Assembly: GCA_963695095.1 (NCBI GenBank)
Contig: CAVOFT010000001.1
Span: 576,001-640,000, forward strand
Direction of reading: 5' to 3'
Origin: an uncultured bacterium
GTDB lineage: Bacteria > Krumholzibacteriota > Krumholzibacteriia > JACNKJ01
DNA: 64,000 nucleotides
Shown here: in pieces, positions 35,157 to 46,300 of the stretch
How the letters are laid out: every line of letters begins with the position of its first letter
Numbering within the stretch: position 1 is the stretch's first letter
The notes under the pieces: model-generated
The model's input: the letters and a program-made list of their open reading frames with translations, nothing else
What the model was told of the DNA's origin: nothing
The model's database searches: none
Translations under genes and position numbers: made by a program

Positions 35157-35525
35157 ATGCGCTTCATCCTGCGCCTCCTGATCACCGCGCTCACGATCTT
35201 CGCCGTCGCCTACCTGTCCGAGGGCCGGCTGGTGGCGTGGACGCCTTCTGGCCGACGGCGATCCTCGCGGCGCTGGTGCTCGGCCTCGTCAACGCGATCG
35301 TCAAGCCCGTCGTCAAGCTGCTCGCGCTGCCGATCACCTGCCTCACGCTCGGCGCTCTTCCTGCTGGTGATCAACGCGGCGATGCTCTACCTCGTCGACT
35401 GGATCGTGCCCGGCTTCGAGACAGTGGGCTTCCTGCCCACCGTGCTGGCCGCAATCCTGATCGCGATCGTCGGCGGCATCGGCGGCAAGCTCATCGACGA
35501 CGACAAGCGAGGCGATCCCGACTGA
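35157..35525 (+). CDS. Phage-holin-family (YvlD/4-TMS) membrane protein; compensating frameshifts
   Basis: AILAALVLGLVNAIVKPVVKLLALPITCLTLG.FLLVINAAMLYL..IVPGF. Confidence 0.8.
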   Translation: MRFILRLLITALTIFAVAYLSEGRLVAWTPSGRRRSSRRWCSASSTRSSSPSSSCSRCRSPASRSALFLLVINAAMLYLVDWIVPGFETVGFLPTVLAAILIAIVGGIGGKLIDDDKRGDPD

Positions 35526-35805
35526 GCGCTCGGGTCGCGGCCGAAAGTCACGCAACGAGCATTGAGCAGCGCCGCCGGCCGCGGCAGTTCACCGCCCCGC
35601 GGGCGGCTTCACGCACTCGCAGAACACGCTCGCGTAGTAGCCGGCCATGGCCCGCCGCTCCTCTCGCTTCCCGCTATTCGGACCCTGGACCCTCGCCCCC
35701 GGGGGCGTCAAGCGCCTGGAACCGATTCTGCTCCTGGGTCTTTGCCTGCCGATAGGCTATCATTCAGGCAGATCAGCCCCTCGACCCCCTCATTGGATTG
35801 CCCGC

Positions 35806-36507
35806 ATGCCCCGCTGGCCCGCACTCATCCTCGTTGCCACGCTCGCCTTGGCCGCGACGCCCCCGGGGGCCGGCGCGCAGCCGGAGCTGCCGCCGCGGCC
35901 CGGCGAGTTGCAGCTCGGCCGCCTGCACTACAGCGGCGGCGGCGACTGGTACGGCAACCCCAGCAGCCTGCCCAACCTGCTCGAGGAGTTCGAGCGCCGC
36001 ACGGGCATCGACTGCGCCGCCCGCGAGACCGTGGTCAAGGCCACGGATCCCGGCCTGGATCGCCTGCCCCTGGTCTACCTCAACGGCCACGGCAACATCC
36101 AGCTCAGCGCCGAGGAGGAGACGCGCCTGCGCGCCTGGCTCCAGCGCGGCGGCTTCCTCTGGGCCGATGACAACTACGGTCTCGACGCCAGCTTCCGCCG
36201 CATGGTGGAGCGGCTCTTTCCCGCCGAGCAACTCCGCCTCGTGCCGGCCGATCACCCCATCTATCACAGCTTCTACGCGCTGGACGGCGTGCCCAAGATC
36301 CACGTCCACGACGGCAAGCCGCCGCAGGGCTGGGGCCTCTTCCTCGACGGCCGCCTGGCCGTCTTCTACACCTACGAGTCGGACATCGGCGACGGCCTCG
36401 AGGACGCCGAGGTGCACAAAGACCCGCCCGAGAAGCGCGAGGCGGCGCTGAAGATGGCCGTCAACGTGCTCTACCACGCCCTCGTCCGCGCGAGACCGTC
36501 GGCATGA
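35806..36507 (+). CDS. DUF4159-domain exported protein
   Basis: RLHYSGGGDWYGNPSSLPNL; YLNGHGNI; GGFLWADDNYGLD; PKIHVHDGKPPQG; ESDIGDG.ED. Confidence 0.85.
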   Translation: MPRWPALILVATLALAATPPGAGAQPELPPRPGELQLGRLHYSGGGDWYGNPSSLPNLLEEFERRTGIDCAARETVVKATDPGLDRLPLVYLNGHGNIQLSAEEETRLRAWLQRGGFLWADDNYGLDASFRRMVERLFPAEQLRLVPADHPIYHSFYALDGVPKIHVHDGKPPQGWGLFLDGRLAVFYTYESDIGDGLEDAEVHKDPPEKREAALKMAVNVLYHALVRARPSA

Positions 36508-39500
36508 GCGCGCCCCGCGAGACGGCCGCCGGCCAGCGCCTGCTCGCCCTGCTCGGCCGCGAGCTGCAGCGGGCGCGGCGCGCCCACTGGCGCGCGGCCC
36601 TCGGTCCGGCGGCGGCCCTCGCCCTGGCGGTGCTGCTGCTCGCCGCCGCGATCCTGCAGCTCGCCGCCCCCAGCAGTCCGGCGGGCGGCACCGCCTTCGC
36701 GCTGATCACCTGGCTGCTCGTGCTCGCGCCGCTGGCCGCGGCGCTGCTCTGGCCACTGCGCCGCCTCCCCGATGCGCGGCGCCTGCTGCGCGAGGCCGAG
36801 GCCCAGGCCGACACGCGCCAGCTCCTGGAAACCGCCGCCGACGTCGCCGAGGGGCGCCTGGAGGGCAAGGGCTACTCGCCTGCGCTGATGGATCGCGTCC
36901 TCGCCGGCGCGGCCGAGCGCGCCGCCGCCGGCCTGCCCGATCCCGAGCAGGGCCCCTGGCCGCGCCGGGGCCGGCAGGCTGTGCTCGCGCTCGCGCCGCT
37001 GCTGCTCATCGCCGCCCTGCCGGCCAGCCGCACGGGCATCCGTCCGGCGGCCTTCCTGCTCGACCCGCGCGATCCGGCGCACTATGCCGAGCGCGCCTCG
37101 CTCGCGCTCGCGCCGGGCGACATCGAGGTGCTTGCCGGCAGTCCGCTGCGCCTGGAGTTGCGCGAAGTGGGCTTGCCCTGGCGCTTTCCCGGCGCCTTGC
37201 GCCTGGAGATCGACGAGACGGGGGACCTGTTCCAGCCCGCTGCGCTCCAGCGCGAGGGCGAGGCCTGGGTGCATCGGCGCGAGGCCGTGCAGCAGGGTTT
37301 CAGCTACCGCGCCCGGCACGGCCGCAGCCTGAGCCCGAGCTATCGCGTCAGCGTCTACCACCCGCCGCTCCTGGACAGCCTGCGCGTGACCGCCACGCCG
37401 CCGGCCTACACGAAGCTGCCGGCGCGCAGCCTGGATCTGCAGAGCGGCAGCCTCAGCCTGCCGCTGGGCAGCCGGCTCGCGCTGGAGGGCCTGGCGGCGA
37501 GCGAGCTGGCGCGCGCCTGGCTCCTGGGCGCCGGACCCGACAGCCTGCCGCTGGCCGTCGCGGGCCGCCGCCTGCGCGGAGAGCTGACGGTGGACGCCGA
37601 TGCCCGCCTCGCCCTCAGTCTCGAGGACGCGCGCGGCACGCGGAGTCGCACGCCCACGCTCATCGAGCTGAGCGCGCTCGCCGACCGGCCGCCCACGGTG
37701 GAGATCCTCGCCCCGGGCCCGGACGCGGACCTCAGCCGCGACCTGCTGCAAGTGCTGGAGATCAGCGTGGCCGACGACTACGGCGTCGCCACGCTCCACC
37801 TGCGCGCCGCCAAGCGGGAGGATCCCGACAGCCTGCGCCGGGCGCTGCCGCTGGGCGAGGCCGCCGGCCAGCCGCGCGGCGCGCTGCGCTGGCGCTGGGA
37901 CCTGGGCGCCGACTGGGCGCTCTTTCCGGGCGACGTCGTCGAGTACTGGCTCGAGGTGAGCGACACGCGGCCCGGCCGGCCGGGGCGCGGGGTCAGCGCC
38001 GTCCAGCGCCTGCGCGTGCCCTCGGTGGCCGAGATCTACGCCGACATCGAGAAGGAAGACGAAGCGCGCACGGAGTCCCTCGAGGAGATGGTGGACGAGG
38101 GCCAGCGCCTGCAGGAGGACATGCGCCGCCTGGAGGAGGAGCTGCGCGCCGATCCCGAGCTGGACTGGGAGCGCGAGCAGGAGCTGAAGGACACCTTCGA
38201 GCGCCTGGAGAGCATGAGCGAGCAGCTCGAGGAGATGCAGAAGGGCCTGGCCGAGCGCAGCGACAAGCTCGGCGAGAACGAGATGCTGCGCCAGCAGATG
38301 GCCGAGAAGCTCCAGAAGATCGAGGAGCTGATGGCCGAGCTGCGCGACACCGAGGCCGGCGAGCTGCTGCGCCGCTTCCAGGAGATGCTCGAGCAGATGG
38401 ATCCCGAGCGCCTGCCCGAGGAACTCGAGCAGATGCGCATGGACCACGCGGATATCCTCGAGCAGCTCGAGCGCACCGAGGCCATGCTCGAGCAGCTCAT
38501 GCGCGACCAGAAGCTCGACGCCCTCCAGCGCGAGCTGGACGAGCTGCTCGAGCAGCAGGAGAAGCTGCGCGCCGAAAGCGAGCAGCTTCCCGAGCAGAAG
38601 CCGCAGGCCGATGCGCAGGAGCAGGAGAAGACCGAGGCCGCAGCGGACTCGAGCGCGAGCGCGAAGCCCGACGAGGAGCAGCAGGCCGGCGGCGAGGAGA
38701 CGCCCGAGCAGAAGGCCGAGCGCGAGGCGCTGGCCGAGAAGCAGCAGAAGCTGGCCGAGGAGACCGCCGAGCTACTGAAGAAGATCCAGGACGCGGCCAA
38801 GGAGCTGAAGGACGAGTTCCCCGAGCAGGCCGAGGCCATGGAGAAGGCCGCCGAGCCGCAGACGCCCGAGGATCCCAGCCAGCCGATGGAGGACGCCGGC
38901 GAGCAGCTGGGCGACCAGAGCCCGGAGGCCAACCAGAGCCAGCGCGAGGCCGCGCGCCGCCTGCTCAAGCTCTACTGGAAGCTGGTCAAGGCCCAGGCCG
39001 GCATGAGCTCGCAGACGGACATGGCGGCCCTGGCCGCGATCGAAGCCATCACCCGCGAGGCGCTCGAGGTCTCCCTGCGCGAAGAGGCGCACGAGGACGA
39101 GACGGCGCGCCTGCTCCGGCAGGGCCAGCGCCCCGAGCGCCTGCGCGAGGCGGCCCGCCGGCAGATGGGGCTCTACCAGTCCATGGAGCAGGTGCGCGAG
39201 GGCCTCGTCGATGCGGCCAAGCTCACCTTCGGTGTCAGCCGCGACGCCATGCGCCAGACGCAGGAGGCCCTGGAGGCGATGGCGGCCAGCGTCGGCGAGC
39301 TGGAAGCCGGCCAGGGCGCGGCGGGGGTGCAGAGCGCGGGGCGCTCGGTGGGGCATCTCAACGTCGCCATCGTCGAGCTGCTGCGCGGCACGCGCATGCA
39401 GGGCTCGGGTACGGGCAGCTGCCCCAATCCGGGCGCGGCGATGCAGGACATGCTCAAGCGCCAGGAGCAGCTCAACCAGGAGAGCCGCGGCCAGGCCGGG

Positions 39501-39971
39501 CGCTCGGGCGGCGGGCTGTCGATGGAGGAGCGCGCGGGCATGGCGCGACTCAAGGCCGAGCAGCGCGCCATCCGCGAGGGCGTCGAGGACCTGATGGGCG
39601 GCGACCAGGGCGAGATTCTCGGGCGCCTGGACAAGGTCGTCGAGGACATGCAGGAGGTGGAGCGCGACCTCGAGGCCGGCCGCCTCGATGCGGAGACCCT
39701 GCGCCGCCAGGAGAAGATCTTCGAGCGCCTGCTCGATGCCCAGCGCTCCGTGCAGCGCCGCGACTTCAAGCAGGAGCGCCAGAGCGAGAGCGCCGACGAG
39801 CTGGCGCCGCTGTGGCCCGACGACCTGCGCGACGGCGATCCCCTGGCCAAGCTGCGCGACGAGATCCGCCGCGGTCTCGGCGAGGCGGCGCCGCCCGAGT
39901 ACGAGGAGCTGATCCAGGAGTACTACCGCTCCCTGCTCGAGCGGCAGGACGCCGGGACGCCGCTGCCATGA
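36504..39971 (+). CDS. DUF4175-like large membrane-anchored protein with Ig-like domains and long acidic coiled coil
   Basis: N-terminal TM helices; PPAYTKLP; DRPPTVEI..P; DDYGV; GDVVEYWLEVSD; E/Q/M-rich coils; C-terminal PPEYEELIQEYYRSL. Confidence 0.8.
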   Translation: MSAPRETAAGQRLLALLGRELQRARRAHWRAALGPAAALALAVLLLAAAILQLAAPSSPAGGTAFALITWLLVLAPLAAALLWPLRRLPDARRLLREAEAQADTRQLLETAADVAEGRLEGKGYSPALMDRVLAGAAERAAAGLPDPEQGPWPRRGRQAVLALAPLLLIAALPASRTGIRPAAFLLDPRDPAHYAERASLALAPGDIEVLAGSPLRLELREVGLPWRFPGALRLEIDETGDLFQPAALQREGEAWVHRREAVQQGFSYRARHGRSLSPSYRVSVYHPPLLDSLRVTATPPAYTKLPARSLDLQSGSLSLPLGSRLALEGLAASELARAWLLGAGPDSLPLAVAGRRLRGELTVDADARLALSLEDARGTRSRTPTLIELSALADRPPTVEILAPGPDADLSRDLLQVLEISVADDYGVATLHLRAAKREDPDSLRRALPLGEAAGQPRGALRWRWDLGADWALFPGDVVEYWLEVSDTRPGRPGRGVSAVQRLRVPSVAEIYADIEKEDEARTESLEEMVDEGQRLQEDMRRLEEELRADPELDWEREQELKDTFERLESMSEQLEEMQKGLAERSDKLGENEMLRQQMAEKLQKIEELMAELRDTEAGELLRRFQEMLEQMDPERLPEELEQMRMDHADILEQLERTEAMLEQLMRDQKLDALQRELDELLEQQEKLRAESEQLPEQKPQADAQEQEKTEAAADSSASAKPDEEQQAGGEETPEQKAEREALAEKQQKLAEETAELLKKIQDAAKELKDEFPEQAEAMEKAAEPQTPEDPSQPMEDAGEQLGDQSPEANQSQREAARRLLKLYWKLVKAQAGMSSQTDMAALAAIEAITREALEVSLREEAHEDETARLLRQGQRPERLREAARRQMGLYQSMEQVREGLVDAAKLTFGVSRDAMRQTQEALEAMAASVGELEAGQGAAGVQSAGRSVGHLNVAIVELLRGTRMQGSGTGSCPNPGAAMQDMLKRQEQLNQESRGQAGRSGGGLSMEERAGMARLKAEQRAIREGVEDLMGGDQGEILGRLDKVVEDMQEVERDLEAGRLDAETLRRQEKIFERLLDAQRSVQRRDFKQERQSESADELAPLWPDDLRDGDPLAKLRDEIRRGLGEAAPPEYEELIQEYYRSLLERQDAGTPLP

Positions 39972-41966
39972 GCCCGAGCCGTCGCCTGCCCCCGCGCTCG
40001 CGCGGTGCCCTGCGGCGTGCCGCGCAGCGGGCGCTGCTCGTCGGTCTGGCCCTGACCCTGGCCCTGCCGGCCCTCGGCCAGGACGAGCCCTCCGCGCAGC
40101 TGCCGCCGGCTTCGCTGCGCTCCGTCGACCCTCGCTCCAGCTTCGCGCGCGAGCTGCTCCAGGCTCAGCAGCACATGAAGCGCGACCCCGAAGGCGCCTA
40201 CATCCGACTCCAGACCCTGGCGGCGCGCGCGCCCGAGAGCGCCGATGCGCAGTACCTCCTGGCCCAGGCCGGCCGCCTGACCGGGCGCCTGGACGAAGCC
40301 GAGCGGCTGCTGCGCGATCTGCACGGCCGCTATCCCGAGGCGCAGGGCTATGTCAGCGAGCTGGCCCTGGTGCTGCTGCGCAGCGGCCGGGATGAGGAGG
40401 CGAAGCGCTTCCTGGCCATGCTCTACCGCGAGGGGCCGCCGCGCGCGGCCGCCTACGAAGCGGCGGCCGGTCTGCTGCTGAACCAGGCCCGCCCCGATCT
40501 CGTTGAGGCCATCTACCGCGAAGGCCTGGCCGCGCTGCCTCGCGCGGACGAGTACGGGCGCCTGCGCCTGCTCCGGCGGCTCTTCGAGTTCTACAACCTC
40601 ATCGACGCGCCGGAGATGCTGCTTCGCCTGCTGGCTGCAGAGAGCCAGGTCTTTCAGGAGCCGCGCTTGCGCGAGGAGCTGCTGCGCGAGGGTGAGCTGT
40701 TCCTGGGCGAGGCCCAGTCGCCCGCGGTGCTGCTACCCGTGGCGGATAGCCTGGCGGCCTCGCCGGCCGGTCCGCGCCTGTCGCCGGTGCTGCGGCAGAT
40801 CTACCTGGCCGTGGGCGACCACGCGCGCTTCGCCGAACAGGCCCTGCGCACGCCCGTGCCCGCCGGCGAGCGCGCCCACTGGCTCTATGGCGAGGGCCTG
40901 CGCTGCCTGGAAGACGTGGATCGCGGCACTCCCACCGCGGCCCGCCATCGCCGCGCCGCTGCCGATCGCCTCTTCAGCGCCGGACTGGCCGCGGCGAAGG
41001 CCAATCCCTCCCTGCGCGCCATGCTGCGCTACCAGCTCGCGCGCCTGCGCCTGGAGGCGGACGGCGAGGCGCGCCTGGCCGGTCGCGTGCCCACAGCGGC
41101 GGCCACGGACTCCCTGCGCGGCCTGCTCGCGGACTTGCGGCGCGAGCAGCCCGGGAGCGAATGGGCCACACGGGCGCTCATCGACGAGCTGCGCTTTCTG
41201 CGCGAGCGCCTGGGCGACCCGGCCGGCGCAGAAACCCTCTTGCGCGCCTGGCTGCTCGAGCCCGAGCGGGCGCGCACGCCCGCCATCGAGGCCGCCCTCG
41301 AGCTGGAGCTGGGCGAGACGCTGCTCGCCTCCCAGCGCTTCGCCGAGGCCAGGGGTCATTACGAGAGCCTGCTGCGCCCCGAGCGCGGCGCGAGTCGTCC
41401 GACGGCCCTCGGCGCCTGGGCCTCCTTCCGTCTCGCCGAACTCCTGGTGGTCGAGGGCGAGTTGCAGGCCGCCCAGGACAGCCTGGCGGCCCTGGCCGAG
41501 GGCGACCCCGGCGCCGCGCTGGCCAATGACGCCCTCGATCTGGCGCTCCTGCTCGCCGAGAGCGGCGGCTGGCCGGAGAGCGTGCGCGCGCACTTGCTGG
41601 CGGCCTTGCAGCGCGAGGTCGGCGGCGATCCGCTGGGCGCAGCGACGGCCCTGCTCGACTTCGCCGCCGCCTATCCCGAGGACGCGGCCAGCCCGGCCCT
41701 GCTCTATCGCGCCGGTCAGCTCGAGCTGCGCGCCTGGCGCGGCGAGGCGGCGCTGGCGGCCTGGCTGCTGCTCGCCGATCGCCATCCCGAGGACGGGCGG
41801 GCGGCGCAGGCCCTCGAACAGGCGGCGCGCCTGGCCCAGCGCATGGGCGACCCCGCCCGGGCGCGGGCCCTGCTCGCGCGCATCCTCGAGGAACACCCGG
41901 ACTTTCGCCTGCGGCCCGAGCCTGCGCGACCTGCAGGATCGCCTCAAGCACGAGGGGGACGCATGA
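39968..41966 (+). CDS. Exported tetratricopeptide-repeat protein (frameshift near 3' end)
   Basis: ATGA overlap; signal LTLALPALG; TPR helices (YPEDAASPALLYRAG, HPEDGRAAQALEQAA); ANDALDLALLL. Confidence 0.75.
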
Positions 41967-43232
41967 TGGCTGGCACGCCTCCTGGGCGCGGGGCTGCTCC
42001 TGCTGTGCATGGCCCTCGCCGCGCCCGGCCTCAGGGCCGACCTGCTGGTGCCCATGGACCTGGAGCAGACCGACCATCTGCGCGCCTACGGCCTGGCCTA
42101 CCACCGCCTGCAGCAGCAGGAGACGGTGCTCTGGTTGCTCAACTATCGCGGCGGCTCGTTTCTGCTCAGCGACTCCGAGTCCGCGCGCCGCGAGGCGGTG
42201 CGCATGGGCGTGCGCGTGGAGTCCGTGAGCGAGGGCAAGCGGGCCGCGATCTTCGGCACCATCGAGGCGAGCAACATGGAGAAGGTCCTGCTCGAGAAGG
42301 CGCCCGAGGTGGCCATCTACAGCCCGCCGACGGCCCAGCCCTGGGACGACGCGGTGATGATGGCCCTCGACTACGCTGAGATCCCCTACACGGTGATCTA
42401 CGACCAGGAGGTGCTGGCCGGCCGGCTCGCCGACTTCGACTGGCTGCACCTGCACCACGAGGACTTCACGGGCCAGTACGGCAAGTTCCTGGCCCTCTAC
42501 GGCAGCCAGCCCTGGTATCAGCGCGACAAGCTGGTCTCCGAGCAGATGGCGGCCGCGGCCGGCTACCCCAGCGTCAGCGAGCACAAGAAGGCCGTGGCGC
42601 GCATGATCCGCAGCTACGTCGAAAAGGGCGGCTTTCTCTTTGCGATGTGCAGCGCGACGGACTCGATCGACATCGCGCTGGCCGCCGAGGGCGTGGACAT
42701 CGTGGCCGCCGAATACGACGGCGATCCGCCCGATGCCGACTGCCAGGAGCGCCTGGACTATCGCCGCGGATTCTGCTTCCAGGACTACCAGCTCATCACG
42801 AGCCCGATGGTCTACGAGTTCAGCGACATCGACGCCACCAACACGGCGCGCCTGCGCGGGCGGGGCAGCGACTACTTCACGCTCTTTGAATTCTCCGCCA
42901 AGTTCGATCCCGTGCCCACCATGCTCGTGCAGAACCACGTGGCCGTGGTGGAGGGCTTCATGGGCCAGACCACGAGCTACTACAAGCGCTTCCTGCAGGA
43001 CGCGGCGACCGTGCTCGGCGAGGTGGAGGGCGCCGGCGAGGTGCGCTACCTCCACGCGGCGCGGGGTCAGGGCACCGTCACCTTCCTCGGCGGCCACGAT
43101 CCCGAGGACTACGAGCACCGCGTGGGCGACCCGCCCACGGACCTCAGCCTGCACCTGCACTCGCCGGGCTACCGGCTGATCCTCAACAACGTGCTCTTCC
43201 CGGCGGCGGAGAAGAAGGAGCGGAAGACCTAG
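41963..43232 (+). CDS. Exported class-I GATase-like conserved protein (family often auto-annotated 'asparagine synthetase B' in Bacteroidota)
   Basis: LVPMD.EQTDHLRAYG; WLLNYRGGSF; PWDDAVMMALDYAEIPY; DWLHLHHEDFTGQYGKF; FAMCSATDS; GGHDPEDY; SPGYRLILNNVLFPAA. Confidence 0.8.
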
Positions 43233-43319
43233 CCCCGGCTTGCGCGGGGCCCAGGCGCGGCCGGCCGAGGCGCCGGTCGCCGCGACAGCGACAGGCGGCG
43301 CCTCGGTTCTGGCCCGATC

Positions 43320-46300
43320 CTAACGGACCAGCAGCAGCTTGCAGCTGGCCTCCCAGCCCTCCGCATCGAGCCGGGCGAAGTAGACACCGGATCCCAGGGC
43401 CCGGCCCTGCGCGTCGCGGCCGTCCCAGCTCTCGGTGTGCGCCCCCGCGTCCCGCATCCCATCGACGAGCACTCGCAGCAGCCGACCTTGCACGTCGTAG
43501 AGACGAAGGTGAACGCGCGCCCGGGTGGGCAGCTGGTAGCTCAGCGTCGTCTGGGGATTGAACGGATTTGGGTATATGCTCAACTGCAGCGCGCGCGCCG
43601 TCGCCGGCAGGTCGGACACCGCCGTGCCGGCCGGGGCGGTGCGCAAGTCGGCTTCCGCGGCGGCATTGTCGGGCAGGGTCACCCAGGGCGAGCAGGGGAA
43701 GAAAGGATCGTCGGTGTGGACGCGCAGGCGCCAATGATAGGCGACGCCCTGCGTCAGCCCGGAGACGAGCTCCCCGAGCGCCGCGAAGCTGCCGATGGGG
43801 CCGCTGATGGCGCCCGTCGCGGTCCAGTCGCCGAGCACCGTGTTCGTGCCGTCGAATGGCGTCCCGAAGGGCTTGATCTCGTACTCGAGGCGCACGCGGC
43901 TGCGACCGATCGCCGAGCGCCCGTGCGCGCTGACGACGAACTCGTGCGGGTCTCCCGTCAGGCCGAGCGGCGCTACTGGCGCGGAAAGATCGTTGCGCCA
44001 CTGCTGTGGCTTGCGCGATAGGCCGCGGCTGTCGTTGCCGTAGTAGAGGAAGGCGCGGCCCTCGTCGGTCTGGCCGGCGTCGTAGGAACGAGCGCCGACC
44101 ATGATGTCGGCGAAGCCATCGCCGTTGACATCCCCGGCCGTGGCCACGCGCCAGGCGAAGTAGCACTCGGCCTGCTGGCCTTCGGCGATCCAGGCGGCGG
44201 CGCCGCCGACGATGCCGGACGCGGAGCCGAACCAGAGGGCCGCCATGCCGCTGTTGGCGCCAGCGTCGCTGTCGCAGTAGGGCGAGCCGACGAGGATGTC
44301 GCTGTAGCCGTCGCCGTTGACGTCACCGGCCGAGGCGACGGTGTAACCCCACCAGGCGTCGCTTTGCCCGCGAATCGTGCTCCAGTCGGCATTGGTGGGA
44401 TCGCCGCTGGGCGGTGCGGTGGCCTGGCCGAGCCACAGGAGCGCCTGGCCCGAATTGCTGTAGGCGCTGTCCCAGCGGGGCGCGCCGACGAGGATGTCGC
44501 TGAAGCCGTCGCCGTTGACGTCGCCGGCATAGGCGACCGCCTCGCCCAATCGGGCCACCGCCTGGTTGCTCTTGCAGCTCCACCAGGGCGGGCCGCCCAC
44601 GGGACCCTCGGCGGAGCCCAGGTAGATGAATGCCCAGCCCTCTTGGCTCTCGCCGACATAGTACTTCGGCGCGCCGACGAAGACATCGCTGAAACCGTCG
44701 CCGTTGAAGTCGCCGGCGGCGGCCACGGAGAGGCCGTACTCGGCGTTGGCGAAGTCCGCGCCGTGGAACCAGTCGTGGCTGGGCGAGGGGCCGCTCTCCG
44801 AGCCGAGGTAGACGAAAACAGCGCCCTCGTTCGTCTGCCCCGCATCGTAGTAGGGGGCGCCGACGATGACGTCCGCGTAGCCGTCGCCGTCGAAGTCGCC
44901 GCCGCCGGCCACGGCGAAGCCGAAGTCGCTGGCCGCCTGGCCGCTGAAGGCGCTCCAGCTGGCGTTGGCCGGATTGCCGTAGGGCGAGCCGGCGAACCAG
45001 ATGAAGGCGGCGCCCTCGTCGCTCACGCTGTTCGTGTAGCCGGGCGCGCCGACGATGGCCTCCGGAAAGCCATCGCCATTGACATCGCCGGCGCCGGCGA
45101 TGGAGACGCCGAGGGCCGCCCCGGCCTGATTGCCCTCCGCGTACCAGGAGAAGACCGCGCTCAGTCCTTGGTGCGAGCCGAGGTATAGGAACACCGCGCC
45201 CTCGTCCACCTGCCCGTTGTCGAAGCCGGAGGCGCCGACGAGGACATCGCTGTAGCCGTCGCCGTTCACGTCGCCGACGCAGGCCAGCGAACCCCCGTAG
45301 TGGGCGCTGGTCTGGTTGCTCTCCGTGACCCAGCCGGCCTGGGTGCGCGGCCCGCTGCGGCCGCCATAGAAGCCGACGACCCGGCCGATCTCGTAGCCGT
45401 CGACGATCTGATCGGGAATGCCGAGGATGATGTCGCCGAAGCCATCGCCGTTGACGTCGCCGGCCGCGGCGGCGCTCCAGCCGCACCAGGCTTCGGTCTG
45501 CGCGCCGTCGTAGATCCAGACGGGATCGGCGCCGAGGCCGCTGTAGTTGCCCATGTAGAGGTAGACGCGGCCCTGGTCCACGTAGTCGCCATTGTACTCT
45601 TTGGCCGTTACGAGGACGTCGCTGTAGCCGTCCGCGTTGATGTCGCCGGCCGTGGCCACGCACCAGCCGTAGGCGCTGTTGTTCTGGCCGCCCTCGTCCG
45701 TCCAGGACGGATCGAGCGGTAGCCCGCTGGCCGAACCTTCGAAGAGACAAGCGCGTCCTTCGAGATCGATGTCCCCCGACCAGCTGTGGGCGCCGACGAG
45801 GACGTCGCTGTAGCCGTCGCCCGACACGTCGCCGGCCGTTGCCACCGAGTAGCCGAAGCTGCCGTACTCCGCGAGACCCAGGTGCCAGGCGGCCGGGTTC
45901 TGAACGCCGCTCGCCGAGCCGTGGAAGACGTAGGCGTGGCCGTAGACGCCGCCCAGGTTGTAGCTGGGCGCGCCCACGATGACGTCGTCGTAGCCGTCGC
46001 CATTCACGTCGCCGGCCGTGGCGACGCAATGGCCGAAGCCCGAGTGGTCTTCGTTGCTCTCGCCACGCCAGGACCAGCCGGCGGCCAGACCGCTCGCGCC
46101 GCCGTGGAAGACGTAGGCGAGGCCCTCCTGCGTCTGTCCGTTCTGGGCGTTGTCGGCGCCGACGATCACGTCGGCAAAGCCATCGGCGTTGACGTCGCCG
46201 GCCGAGGCGACCGATAGCCCGAAGTCGGCGCTCGCCGCCCCGCCGTTGCGGGTCCAGTTCGCCGTCCAGGGCAGGCCGTCGGCGCCGCCGTAGTAGACGT

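Noticed and set aside
35157..35525. Holin-family gene as evidence of a prophage
   Set aside because: YvlD-type 4-TMS proteins are common chromosomal genes; no phage structural, lysis or integrase genes are nearby.
41963..43232. asnB (asparagine synthetase)
   Set aside because: It lacks the N-terminal Cys Ntn-GATase and the SGGLDS synthetase motif, and it has an export signal.
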